This document shows positions 38,536-51,216 of a stretch of 64,000 bases of DNA, piece by piece. Below the pieces are notes generated by a model that saw only the letters and a program-made list of their open reading frames with translations, did no database searches and was not told the DNA's origin. The stretch comes from Octopus bimaculoides (Eukaryota). Location of the stretch: assembly GCF_001194135.2 (NCBI RefSeq), contig NC_068982.1, forward strand, positions 137,276,167 through 137,340,166. The letters run 5' to 3'. A program made the position numbers and the translations under genes. Every line of letters starts with the position of its first letter. Positions within the stretch are counted from its first letter, which is position 1.

Positions 38536-39469
38536 GAAAAAGATGCTAAATTAAATAACAGCTAGAAACTAGTATTAACGTTTTCTGCTATTTTAACTTC
38601 TTAGGAATTTTGTTGGATCTCCTTTTTTAATTTGGTCTTTAATGTTCTTTACTGAGTGGTTAACTTTCATAGATCTATTCCCTTTTTTCTTCTTTTATAA
38701 TCTACAAATTTTTAATGAAACTCCTGGGCCATGGCACATTTGTGTATACTGCATATGGTCCATAGGTGTGTTTTGAGGTGAGTCAAATAAAATGCCAGGG
38801 TATTTAGAAAGTTTAACTGTTTTGAATGCACTGTACAAATGCATTTGTGCTAGTGCACTGCACTTGTGCATTTCTATTCCTTTGTGGCAGAGTGCAATAT
38901 CTGCACTAATTTTTCTTTTTAAAGCCATTTTAATACTTGTTTCTTTATAGAAAACATTTAAAAAGCTGATGGTGGGCCATAACAGTTTTAGTACTTGGTT
39001 CCGTGTTCTGTAGATTGAAGAAATGGTTGAAAATCACTAATATAAAAAATTAAGAAAATAATCTAATGATTATTTTCTTGATTGTTTGTCTTTTAATTGG
39101 CTGCTTTTAAGCATTTAAGTTGATTACTTTTCAGTCTTTGAATTGAGTTTTAGTGTTATTGTAATGATTCATATATAAAAATATATATCTTCCAATCACA
39201 GAGATTTTTTAGGGTTTTTTCCTAATTTAAAAGGAAGAAGTGATAGAGGATGGTTCTTTCGTTAGTTATTGTAAAAACTATTTGGTTGTGTTTATAAGTA
39301 GAAAAATTCTCTGAATGTTAGGCTATATTTTTATTAACAATATAGATGAGAGATAAACCACCAAAGGATTAGCATGGCCCATGTAAGAATGGCTCACAAA
39401 TTCATGAAACATTTCATTTTTTTTTTTTTTTTGGTCCCAAGTAAGACTTTAAACTGCATCTGGTAGTGG

Positions 39470-40040
39470 GGCCTTGGTATGGGACTTCCAGTGTTTTGAG
39501 GAGTGTCTTAGCCATTATTGTTCTCAGGTCTACTCTGACCCAGAGTAGTAGCACCTGTTAGGATTCCAGCTACTGGCATGTGCACTATCCCCTCTTCAAA
39601 CTCAGGCTACATCTCCTCTGATAGTTGGTGGCGACTTGGTTGGTGAAACCTCTGCAGCAGTTGACAATTGACAGCAAGATGGGCTGTGACTGAGGACCAC
39701 ATGTGAACTTGTATTCCAACAGAAACTCTGAATACAAACTCTACACCTCAACAATGAATCATAATTACAAGTACAGTGTCTGCACTGTCCAATGCAATGC
39801 CCTCCCAATAGGGCATTTGTCAAATTTGCTGGATTGATTTTTGAGCTGCAGGCAGAAACACTCATTTGCCTGCTGGAACATTAGGGCCAACGGTCAGATG
39901 TGCTCAGCATTCATGAGGGATGTGGTGAACTTATTGGTCAAAGCTGGCTCAATCCACATGGATGCTGATGCAAGTACAAGTGGGTACCAAAGGGAGATCT
40001 GCTACAGTCTGAACACAAATACAGAAGGGTTTCACATATG
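39470..40040 (+). mobile_element. Possible decayed LINE 5'/endonuclease-start fragment
   Basis: GC-richer island; RQKHSFACWNIRA resembles the endonuclease start xWNVRT. Weak support. Confidence 0.3.
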
Positions 40041-40090
40041 TCATATAGTGAATTGACAAAAATTTTATCAATTTTTTAAAATTTACTGTA

Positions 40091-40158
<68 letters not shown>

Positions 40159-40226
40159 ATTTACTTTTCATAATGAGATAAAAAAAAACCCCAAGGCTGT
40201 GTATAATATAGAACATTTATAAATAG

Positions 40227-40273
40227 GTCTTACAGCTGTTTCCAGGATATTTATTATATACCTTCATCCGAGA
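40227..40273 (-). ncRNA. Degenerate Penelope-type hammerhead-like motif (core CGGAUGA)
   Basis: Minus strand: tct-CGGATGA-aggtatataataaatatcctg-GAAAC-AGCT-GTA-agac; palindromic stem III ACAGCTGT. Confidence 0.45.
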
Positions 40274-41021
40274 TGGTGTAAGAGGATGGTTAAGCAATAG
40301 TTAGTTTAGATAAGATAGGAAATAGAGAGTGAATGTAAAGATACTGTATTTGTAAATCCATTGTTGTTGGAGCTTAACTATGGTCTATCCATAGCACTTA
40401 CTCAGCATTACCTGAAACCTCTGGGTCTAATTAACACCACTATCGCTTATAACCTATATTTATATATATATATATAAAGACCCTGTAACTTTATTGATTG
40501 GTATTGTCATTTATACAGAATGTCATACAAGGCCATTGTTTTATACTGTCTTACTAATAAATCAAAATAGAAACTTGTAAATAAGGGACAGTGAGAAAAT
40601 CTATTCTGTGAAAGGGATTTCTTTTTTTACTTATTTTTATTTGTAATTATAAATATCTAATGTGTATAAATTTTCATGAGATAACTTATGGATAAAAAAA
40701 AAAAAAATGACATTGTTTTATTTGGCACCTACATGTTACCAGTTTATGGCTTGTTGAACTCATTGAGATTTCAGTGTTTTAGTTACAAATACCATGCAGT
40801 GCTATGACCAATATTATAATCTTCCAGCCAACTGACTGTTAACAGTGGCATGCTGTTACTTTGGCTAACCTGTTTCCAAACACCTAAACTTCTGAGAAAT
40901 CTTATTTGTTGCAATGAAGTACGGAGTATTTAATTCAGTGTTGAGGAAATTTTGTTTTTGAGTATGGTAAGATGTCTAAAAAGTTCTATGACCCTTTTGG
41001 TTATTTTCGTATAATCTTTTA

Positions 41022-41171
41022 CTCATTTACTTGTTTCAGTCATTTGACTGCGGCCATGCTGAAGCACCACCTTTATAGTCGAGCAAATCGACCCCAGGAC
41101 TTATTCTTTGGAAGCCTAGTACTTATTCTAAACACACCAGCATCGGTTGTCAAGCGATGCTGGTGGGGACA

Positions 41172-41228
<57 letters not shown>

Positions 41229-41389
41229 CAGACTTCTTCCAGTTTCCATCTACCAAATCCACTCCCATGGCTTTGGTCGGCCCGAGGCTATAGTAGAAGA
41301 CACTTGCCCAAGGTGCCACACAATGGGACTGAGCCCAGGACCATGTGGTTGGTAAGCAAGCTACTTACCACATAGCCACTCCTGTGCCT
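41022..41389 (-). mobile_element. SINE family A with internal deletion and long (CA)n
   Basis: Seen directly. Confidence 0.88.
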
Positions 41390-43039
41390 ATATTATCATT
41401 CATTTTATCAATAAGAATAAGTTGAGTTCACTTTTATATGTGGAGTGATGGACATGTAGATATGATGGAATTGGTTTAACAAAGCGAGAAGACTTGAACT
41501 CCTCTCTGCTGGCTTAGTAAACATTTATCAAATAGACATTACATCCTGTAACTGTTTCACATGAGGAGACTTCTTATACTTACGTGTAGCTGTTTACAGC
41601 TAAGTAGACTGAGTCCTGAGAAAGGAAGTTAAATATTAGACTTGCTCACTGTATGGTCTCAGTGGTAGGATACGATATTCATTAACTCAACTCTTTGTTC
41701 ATTAATAGATGCACTTTCTCAAATTAGTTAAATGAATTAAGTATTTAATTTGCTTAGAAAGAAATTAATTTCAAGAATATTTTGTTTCGAAAAAAAAATT
41801 TCTTTAATTATTTTTACTCATTTCTAATGAGTTATTTGAGTTGTTTTAAAATTTAATTTCTATAAATTCACTGAAAAATTACTAATTGGCAAACACACTA
41901 GAGAATGTAACTGAATACTTTACTGCACTTAGTCATATCTTTTACATAGTCTTAGTTCCAAGATGAACTTTTGCCTGTCATCCTTTCTGGGTTGATAAAG
42001 CAATTACTAAAGCAATGGAAGTCAACTCTTAGAATATTTGGCCTTGAATATTCAACAATTCACCTTATAATAATTTATATCTAAAACTGAAAAACTATTT
42101 TTTTTTAATAGTATTATCCCATTAGAGAGAAATTGCTTTTGTTTAATTTATAACATGTAAATTTTACCCCCCTTCACCAATTTCAAGGCATGTTGCAAAC
42201 AAAACTCAGTATTAAGAAGGTTATTAATGATATATATATTATATATAATGTCATTATATCCTATAGATTGCATGCAGATTTTTAAGCTGTGTTCTTTTTT
42301 TTTTTTTCTTTTTTTTTATTACTAGTGATTTCTAGTTTTTGGTTCTTTACGTCATAACAAAGCTTTTGTTCGCATGATGTAATTTATGTTTGCAGTTCTG
42401 TGGGGAATGGGTTGAGTTATTCGTTTATTTCAATTTTGTTATATTTAATTTTTTTTTAATTAATTATCTGAAGAGAGTTAAGCTTATGTCAATCAAATTT
42501 GAATCAACCTGGGGGAAAAAAGGGTGATTACTGAAGGGCATGATTTGTCTGATTATAAATAATAATGTCAAAGTTTTATCTTTTAATAAGTTTTTTCATG
42601 GGATATCATTAGTAAGTTTTTACAAGATAGCATTATATATATATTATGATATCTACTTTTATTATTCTTAATGTGAATCATCAAAACATCATTCTTTACT
42701 CATATGACAAATTAGTATTTGAATGTATTTCTGACCCTCGGGCAGTTAATGCATATGATAAGACCAAATCAAAAGGTATTGTAGTATCAGAGATATGTAC
42801 GATGCCACAAAATAGGCACCCAGTGCACTCTGTAAAATGATTTATAATAGGAAGGATATCCAGTCATAGAAACCTTGTCAAAACTGAAGCATTGGAGTAA
42901 GATGTAATCCTCCAGCCTGGTGGGTCCTGTTGTACCATGGAAAGCAAATATAAAATAAGAATAATGATGTAGGGTAGCTCAAAGAATCAACATTCATTCA
43001 ATAAACATGTTTCACAGAGGCTATGACAAGTGACTGACT

Positions 43040-43805
43040 CCTTTAGCGATAAGCCATTGCTTGAGCAGACCCATCAAGCCAAGTGAAATCACAGCCATGG
43101 CCGATTCCAGTGTCACATAACTGATACCCATGCTGGTGGCATGTAAAAAGCACCCTTCTAACGTTGGGTGATATGCCATGCTTGAGAAGACCCACCAAGC
43201 CTAGTGAAATTGCAGTCATGGCCAATGCCAGTGTTGTGTAACTGGCACCTGTGTTGGTGGCACATAAAAAGTGCCCTTTGAACATTCGGCAATATGCCGC
43301 ACTTGAGAAGACCTGTGTAGCCAAGTGAAATTGTAGTCATGGCTGATACCAGTGTCGCATAACTGACGCCTGTGCCAGTGACACATAAACTCCCTTCAGA
43401 CATTAAGAAATATGCTATGCTTGAGAAGACCCATGTGAAATCGTAGTTATGGCCAATGCCAGTGTCACATAACTGGTACCCATGTTGGTGGCACATAAAA
43501 AGCATCCTTCAAATTTTGAGCCTCACAGAGACAGTAACAAGTGAACCAAGACCCTTGATGATATACTGTACTTGAGAAGACCTGTCAAGCCAAGTGGTTG
43601 TGGCCAATGCCAGTGTTACATGACTGGCACCTGTGTCAATGGCACGTAAAAAGCACCCACTGCACTCTTGGAGTGGTTGGGTTTAAGAAGGGCATCCAGC
43701 TGTAGAAACCTTGCCAGATCAGATTGGAGCCTGGTGCAGCTCTCCAGCTTACCAGTTTTCAGTTAAACTATCCAACCCATGCCAGCATGGAAAGTAGATG
43801 ATGAT
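43040..43805 (+). mobile_element. RTE-tailed element with about five ~115-125-bp tandem subunits
   Basis: Repeated ttgagaagacc..gccaagtgaaat..gccagtgtc..actggcacc..gtggcacataaaaagc, then the tail. Confidence 0.85.
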
Positions 43806-44233
43806 AAATATCATATTTTGAGAAGTAATTAGTGAAAAACGGACAAAAAATGCTTTGAAACTGGGAAACAGGTTGGTTATGGGTTGGTGAATGAGGGAAT
43901 CCAAGGGAAAAAAATCTCTTTTCAAAACACTTTTGTATGAATCAAAATATGATGGATGTGTTTTTAATAATTATATTTAGTTTATATGCCAAATATTTTC
44001 TTCTTACCTCTTTGTTACATTGGAGTGTATACTTAATGAATGAGCAGGACTATAATTTCATGATTTAAGTTAGATCAAACTTCTGTAGAACTGAGCATTG
44101 ATTATCGGCCCCTGCAATACATAAAAACACAAAAGTTTAAAAATTATTAGCCTTCTTATAGACTTGGGGTGTGTTTTTTTGCCTTTCTAAGTTGACTATT
44201 ATCAATTATGAATAATTTGTTTGTAACCTAGAA

Positions 44234-44291
<58 letters not shown>

Positions 44292-44974
44292 ATTTTGCTA
44301 TTCAGTAGAAATGGATCATCCTCAAAGTTCTGAAGTTTCTAATTTATCTCCTTTCTTTCTGTGGACTTTTGTCACAGACTTAGATATTTTGATGTTCTGA
44401 GTTTATTGTTGTAAGTTGTTGAATTTAATGTTTCAATAATATTATTCTTAATGCTCGTGTTTTCACATCTTATGGTTTAACTCTATCAAACAGTTCTTCT
44501 CATTATAAGATATAGTTTTTCTCTTTCATAACATTTTGAAAACTTAGATGTTTACTTATGTTTATTTAGCACTTTAGCTTGTTCTTGGGTAGGAAGGTTA
44601 TCTATTTCCATTTATAGGCTGTTGCATCATTACAAATCTCACAGATCTGAATGGCCCTACATTCAACATCTTTAAGGCTTGTTTTGTATTCTTAATCAGT
44701 TCGCCTTTCTCTACCATGTCCTTTTAAACAAGTTAGTACTTACAAAACTCATTACTCACCTTTCACTACATCTTCCCTCATCCCTACCCAATCTCTAAAG
44801 ATATCCTCTACTCTTCCTGTCCTCCATTACATATCATCTACTCAGCACTTGCTCTTCAATATATTCCCAATCTCACTCATTCTCTATTTCTTATTCTCCC
44901 ATGCACTTTTGCAACCTCCACCCACACATCCCTGTTCTTCTGCCCCCCCCTCCCACTTCCTTCAGTTCTCATCA

Positions 44975-45330
44975 TCATCATCACCATCATTTAACATTCG
45001 TTTTCCATGCTAGCATGGGTTGGACGGTTTGACTGAGTACTAGTGAACCAGATGGCTACACCAGGCTCCAATCTGATCTGGCAGAGTTTCTACAGCTGGA
45101 TGCCCTTCCTAACGCCAACCACTCTGAGAGTGTAGTGGGTGCTTTTTACATACCACCAGCACAAGAGCCAGTCTGGTGTACTGGCAATGGCCATGCTCAT
45201 ATGGTGTTTTTTTACATGCCACCTGTACAGGAGTCAGTCCAATGTTTTGTTCACATACCACCGGCACGAGTGCCAGTAAAGCGAAGCTGGAAACGCTCAA
45301 ATGGTTCTTTTTACTTGCCACCAGCATTGG
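44975..45330 (-). mobile_element. RTE-tailed element, antisense copy
   Basis: catcatc..ttaacattcgttttccatgctagcatgggttggacg..ggatgcccttcctaacgccaaccactc. Confidence 0.85.
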
Positions 45331-45589
45331 TCTTATATGTTGAGGATCCACAGATGCCTCATTACGGGTTTTTTCATCTCATCTCTGCTTTTTTTCATCC
45401 CGTCTCCCTCCACCCTGATCACTCTCCATCCTCTCTTCTAAAATGGGAATAGCCCTTTTAACAGCAAAACAGCCTGTTCTGCTCTGGTCCCTTCTCTTAT
45501 ACTTGAACTCCTCACCTCTTAGGATAAAGCCACCTCTCTCAGGGTTCATAGCCTTGCAAGCTGCATGGCAATCTCACTAGTGTCAGTGT

Positions 45590-45765
45590 CAGTGTAAAAA
45601 CACCCGTTACACACAATAAAGTGGTTGACGTTAGGAAGAACATCCAGCCATAAAAAAACGTCCCAAAGTAGACAGGGAACACAATAATGCTTTTGGACCC
45701 ATCAGATCCTGTCAAACCAGCTAATTCTTGCCAGCATTCAAACAAGGACTTTAAATGATGATGAA
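45590..45765 (+). mobile_element. RTE-tail fragment
   Basis: gtggttgacgttaggaagaacatccagc..ctttaaatgatgatg. Confidence 0.65.
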
Positions 45766-45991
45766 TTAAAATTAGAATTTTAAAATTTAACAGTAAATTT
45801 GGGCATCGTCAACTAACGTATCCTATGAGGAGTAAAAGAGTACCTTCCTTATTAGTAACTCCAGATATAATCTATGTCCATTTTAATTGATGTCAAATCA
45901 CCTATTTTTAAAATTAAAAATAAATAGAACCTTTTCTTCAGCCCAGTTTTGTGAACCAATTGTTAAAGGTCCAAACAGGAGTGAAGTTGGG

Positions 45992-46173
45992 GTAAATAAA
46001 GTGTTTGTCTTTCAATGAAAGTGTTGAAGGTAATGAAGTGGTATGAAACTCTCTAGAGAGCAGAACAGCAGATCTTTCCTTTAGGCAAGTGTTTCAGTCC
46101 TTAACTTCTAAGAGTTTCTCTCCACTTCATTACATACAAAGCATTCATTGAAAGATGAACACATTTTATTTAC
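45992..46173. repeat. Imperfect inverted repeat, ~60-bp arms
   Basis: gtaaataaagtgtttgtctttcaatgaa..gtaatgaagtgg..gaaactct pairs with agagtttc..ccacttcattac..ttcattgaaagatgaacacattttatttac. Confidence 0.75.
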
Positions 46174-46214
46174 ACCTACTTAACGCTTAATGTTTTGCTA
46201 TGAAAATGTTCAAT

Positions 46215-47688
46215 ACATAAGATCGTTGCCAGTGCCCATGGACTGGCTCTTGTGCGAGTGACACATGAAATCGTTCAAGCGGAATCGTTGCCAGTGCCCC
46301 TGGACTGGCTCATGTGCGGGCGACACATGAATCTTTCGAGCGGGATCGTTGCCAGTGCCCCTGGACTGGCTCATGTGCGGGCGACGCCCCTGGGCCGGCT
46401 CTTGTGCGGGTGACACATGAGGTTTTTCGAGCAGGATCATTGCCGGTGCCCCTGGACTGGCTCATGTGCGGGCAACACACGAAATCCTTCGAGCGAGATC
46501 ATTNNNNNNNNNNNNNNNNNNNNNNNNNNNNNNNNNNNNNNNNNNNNNNNNNNNNNNNNNNNNNNNNNNNNNNNNNNNNNNNNNNNNNNNNNNNNNNNNN
46601 NNNNNNNNNNNNNNNNNNNNNNNNNNNNNNNNNNNNNNNNNNNNNNNNNNNNNNNNNNNNNNNNNNNNNNNNNNNNNNNNNNNNNNNNNNNNNNNNNNNN
46701 NNNNNNNNNNNNNNNNNNNNNNNNNNNNNNNNNNNNNNNNNNNNNNNNNNNNNNNNNNNNNNNNNNNNNNNNNNNNNNNNNNNNNNNNNNNNNNNNNNNN
46801 NNNNNNNNNNNNNNNNNNNNNNNNNNNNNNNNNNNNNNNNNNNNNNNNNNNNNNNNNNNNNNNNNNNNNNNNNNNNNNNNNNNNNNNNNNNNNNNNNNNN
46901 NNNNNNNNNNNNNNNNNNNNNNNNNNNNNNNNNNNNNNNNNNNNNNNNNNNNNNNNNNNNNNNNNNNNNNNNNNNNNNNNNNNNNNNNNNNNNNNNNNNN
47001 NNNNNNNNNNNNNNNNNNNNNNNNNNNNNNNNNNNNNNNNNNNNNNNNNNNNNNNNNNNNNNNNNNNNNNNNNNNNNNNNNNNNNNNNNNNNNNNNNNNN
47101 NNNNNNNNNNNNNNNNNNNNNNNNNNNNNNNNNNNNNNNNNNNNNNNNNNNNNNNNNNNNNNNNNNNNNNNNNNNNNNNNNNNNNNNNNNNNNNNNNNNN
47201 NNNNNNNNNNNNNNNNNNNNNNNNNNNNNNNNNNNNNNNNNNNNNNNNNNNNNNNNNNNNNNNNNNNNNNNNNNNNNNNNNNNNNNNNNNNNNNNNNNNN
47301 NNNNNNNNNNNNNNNNNNNNNNNNNNNNNNNNNNNNNNNNNNNNNNNNNNNNNNNNNNNNNNAAGATCGTTGCCAGTGCCCATGGACTGGCTCTTGTGCG
47401 AGTGACACATGAAATCGTTCAAGCGGAATCGTTGCCAGTGCCCCTGGACTAGCTCTTGTGCGGGTGGCACATAAAAGACACCATTTCGAGCGTGGCCGTT
47501 TTCGTGCGGGTGACATGTAAAAGCACCCACTACACTCTCTGAGTGGTTGGCGTTAGGAAGGGCATCCAGCTGTAGAAACTCTGCCAAATTAGATTGGAGC
47601 CTGGTGTTGCCATCCGGTTTCACCAGTCCTCAGTCAAATCGTCCAACCCATGCTGGCATGGAAGGCGGACGTTAAACGATGATGATGG
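46215..47688 (+). repeat. ~60-bp minisatellite array spanning a gap and ending in a complete RTE tail
   Basis: Units atcgttgccagtgcccctggactggctc(a/t)tgtgcgggtgacacatgaaatc on both sides of the N-run at 46504-47362; tail at 47520-47688. Confidence 0.9.
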
Positions 47689-48060
47689 CATAACAATTTG
47701 TATTTCCTAAGAAATATATTAATTCTCGAGTAAGTAATGTTGAATATGAATAAGATATTGGCAAGCCAAGCCAGACTTTACTTAATTCTCAACCGTACTA
47801 TCTATTTCACTTGCCATTGGTTTTTGGAATCAGCTCAAATATCAATGATTGCTGCTCAGTTAGGAATATTCAAGAAGCAAATTCAAACAGTTGATGTTTG
47901 ATTTTATTCATGTGTGTGTGTGTGTGTGTGTTGTAAATTGGATCAGATTGCTTTTCTACATTTTCCTACATTTGTGGCATTAAGGTTCAACATTTGCTTG
48001 AGATCTATTTATAACTTCATTTAAGCTATCATATATGAGTCACATTCCTTTTGTGCTTAT

Positions 48061-48648
48061 ATCGAACCAAATTCGATGACTGGCACCCATGCCAACCTCT
48101 CTTACATTGGACACTAAACTCGGCTTGCGAAGACCTGTTGGGGCAAGTGAAATCAAAATCGGGGTTGAACCAAATTCAATGACTGGCACCTGTGCCAGTG
48201 GAGTGCTAAGAGTACCGTCCGAGCGTGATCATTGCCAGAACAGCTGTCTGGCTTCCGTGCCAGTGGCATGTAAATAGCAATAGCATCATTTGAGCATGAT
48301 TGTTACCAGCGTCGCCTTCCTGGCACTTGTGCCTGTGGCACGTGAAAAAACATTCAAGCGAGGTCGTTGCCAGTGCCGATGGACTGGCTCCTGTGCAGGT
48401 GGCACATAAAATACACCATTTGAGGATAGCCGTTGCCAGTACCGCCTGACTGGCCTTCGTGCCAGTGACACATAAAAGCACCCACTACACTCTCGGAGTG
48501 GTTGGTGTTAGGAAGGGCATCCAGCTGTAGAAACACTGTCAAATCAGATTGGAGCCTGGTGTAGCCATCTGGTTCGCCAGTCCTCAGTCAAATCGTCCAA
48601 CCCATGCTAGCATGGAAATTGGACGTTAAACGATGATGATGATGATGT
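48061..48648 (+). mobile_element. RTE-tailed element with the longest 5' extension plus 5 ordered subunits
   Basis: Extra 5' repeat gaaccaaattc(g/a)atgactggcacc twice, then colinear with 20535 and 27728. Confidence 0.9.
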
Positions 48649-48854
48649 GTGTTGAAACAGATATTGTTATATTTCAGGAGGAGCGTTTTTTTTTTTTTTT
48701 TTTTTGCTAAATAAACATGCATATGTTTATTACTCGTTAAACAATGATGATGATAATGATTCTGGCATCAACCTTTGATCTATATTTTAGTTGCATGTTG
48801 CTTTCCATGAATAATGTTTGTAACTTTGGTTGTTTTTAAATAATAAACGCATTA

Positions 48855-49165
48855 GGCACAGGCATGACAGTGTAGTTAAGAAGCTTGCTTTCCAACAATG
48901 TGGTCTTAAGTTCAGTCCCACTGCATAGCACCATGGGCAAGTGTCTTCTATTAAAACCCCTTTCCTGGACATCAGATGATGGTTTTAAATGAGCATTATC
49001 GTATAAGTGAGGTTGTTCATTTCCAGTCTTCTGTAAAAGAACCTCTTTGACTATGGGAAAATATTTCCTTGCTTGGCAACAGGTATCTAGCCAAACAAAA
49101 ACTGTTTCAACATATTTGATTTGACCCATAGAAACATGGAAAAGTGGATGTAGAATGATGTTGAT
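48855..49165 (+). mobile_element. SINE with family-A head and a decayed RTE-like tail
   Basis: Head ggcacaggcatgacagtgtagttaagaagc; tail gacccatagaaacatggaaaagtggatgtagaatgatg. Confidence 0.6.
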
Positions 49166-51170
49166 AGTTATGATGCTAAGCAGAAATAATCTCAATCATT
49201 GCCTATACAGTCCAGCAAAGTTCCAGAATTCAAGACATCATACCAGTCGGTGTTTTTAAATCACTACTCTAGATTAATAAAAAATATTCACAGCATCTAA
49301 TCAGAATTAGGCTAGCAACTAATTTGGAATTGTGTATATAGATTTCGTACACATGGATTGCAGGAATATTTAAATTCCTGAAACTGTATTAGAATGAAGT
49401 AAATATTTATAAACTGATTTTTATCAATTATATTAATTATATCTCCTAATGGTTTCCTGATTCTGCAGAATTCTTGAGCATAGTCTAAAGCCAACCATTG
49501 GTACCAAATCCTAAAATTTCTGTCTCAAACACACATCATTTCATCATCATCATCATCATCATCGACAACAAAGTAAACTGTAAACTTTACTTTCATAAAA
49601 ATCCTCACTTGTTTGTCTTCTATGTTAGACAGTTGTTCATTCTCAGGTCCTGAAAGCTCCTCATAAAACAATTCTTCATTGGTTCCATCATAAAACAACT
49701 CCTCATCTGTTCCATTCATTGCATTGTAAACTTACAATAAATTCCCACACTTCTTTCAACCATTGTATAACAATATCTAAGTATAGACATTTCCAAGTAC
49801 CCTCCCCTTTCGTTAGTTTTTTGTTTGTTTGTTTGTTTCCAGATACCATCCACGTGTTNNNNNNNNNNNNNNNNNNNNNNNNNNNNNNNNNNNNNNNNNN
49901 NATATATTTAAATGTCTCGTTTAGTGTAACTTCTTATAGCTGTAGAAGTGATGTGCAACTTCTGAGAGATCAATGCCTGCCTTTTTTCAGTTTCCTATAT
50001 CTTCATCTTTACAGATTTACTCAACTGTGAATAGAACTGATCACATATAAGCAATGATGTTGGCTCAAGAAGAGATCCAGGTCTCTTCCTCCAGCTAAAC
50101 ATGTGTTAATATCTTGTTATTCCCTTAGTGAGTTTTCCAAATGGTGTGCTCTGACAAGCACACCACCTGGAAATTTTCCCTTTGGAATAGATTTTCTTTC
50201 TTTTAATTACCATTAATTTACATTTTGTGCCATCAACTAAGCATGCTAAAAGTACCATAAAATGTTGCTTTTCATGTCCAGCTGTTTTTATTCTAACAGT
50301 TCTGTTTCTTCAGTAGTCTTTAGTGCTATAACCAGGCATGTATAAAAAAATAATAATAAAAAAAGAGAAAACATTGGAGTTTTGTCCATGTTTCCTATTG
50401 CTGACAAGTCATGCCCATAATGTTTGCATTCAATAATTACAAATTTATGGAATTACTGTACTTTATTGTCCACATTTTTTGCTAGTTTTGTAGAATGTGG
50501 GTTTACTGATGTAATGATAGTCCAGTTCTATAAATGAATCATCACGCTGATGTTGTGCAGATTTAATAGATTAATTAATATTATGTTTGCCTGTATCCAT
50601 GGATAACTGGAAAGCTTTTGTTCCAATAACCATATAGGTGACAAATCCATCAATCCATCCTTGTATAATCTACACACCCAAGTGTGTAGAGTTCTCTCCT
50701 GCTTTCATATGGGAGAAATGTTATATTATTTACTAGATTTTATTTCTGACACTTTTTGAGTGTCCCATTTTCATTTTTAACTGTCCTTTGCTACTTCTTC
50801 CAAACATACACACACACAAAAAAATTATTCTTTCTCATAATTACAATTTCTATGCTGTTTAGCATATTCAATGACACAGTCCAGTAACCAATCTTTTGTC
50901 TTTTAGAGTTCATAGTTTACTCTTTGTCAGCTTTTTCCTATGAATTTTTTTTTTAATACTTCTTCCACCAAATCTGTGCTTATACAGGCTAGAAATTTAG
51001 ACAGATATGAATAATATGATATGTTTGTTTTGTAGCAGAACTGAATTCTGCTTAAACAGGTGGGTTTGTTTTCTCATGTGATGTTACCAACATACATTAG
51101 CTTGCAACTAAACTGTTCTTACAAACTGCATAGTGACCTGATGAAACTACCTCTATATTCAATTATTTGC

Positions 51171-51216
<46 letters not shown>

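Noticed and set aside
43040-47530. Repeat-spacer-like arrays resembling CRISPR
   Set aside because: The intervening segments are homologous to each other, there are no cas genes, the context is eukaryotic, and the arrays end in retroposon tails.
49525-49719. Acidic ORF with a duplicated EELFY motif
   Set aside because: A short tandem duplication in probable old transposon debris; no splice or homology support.
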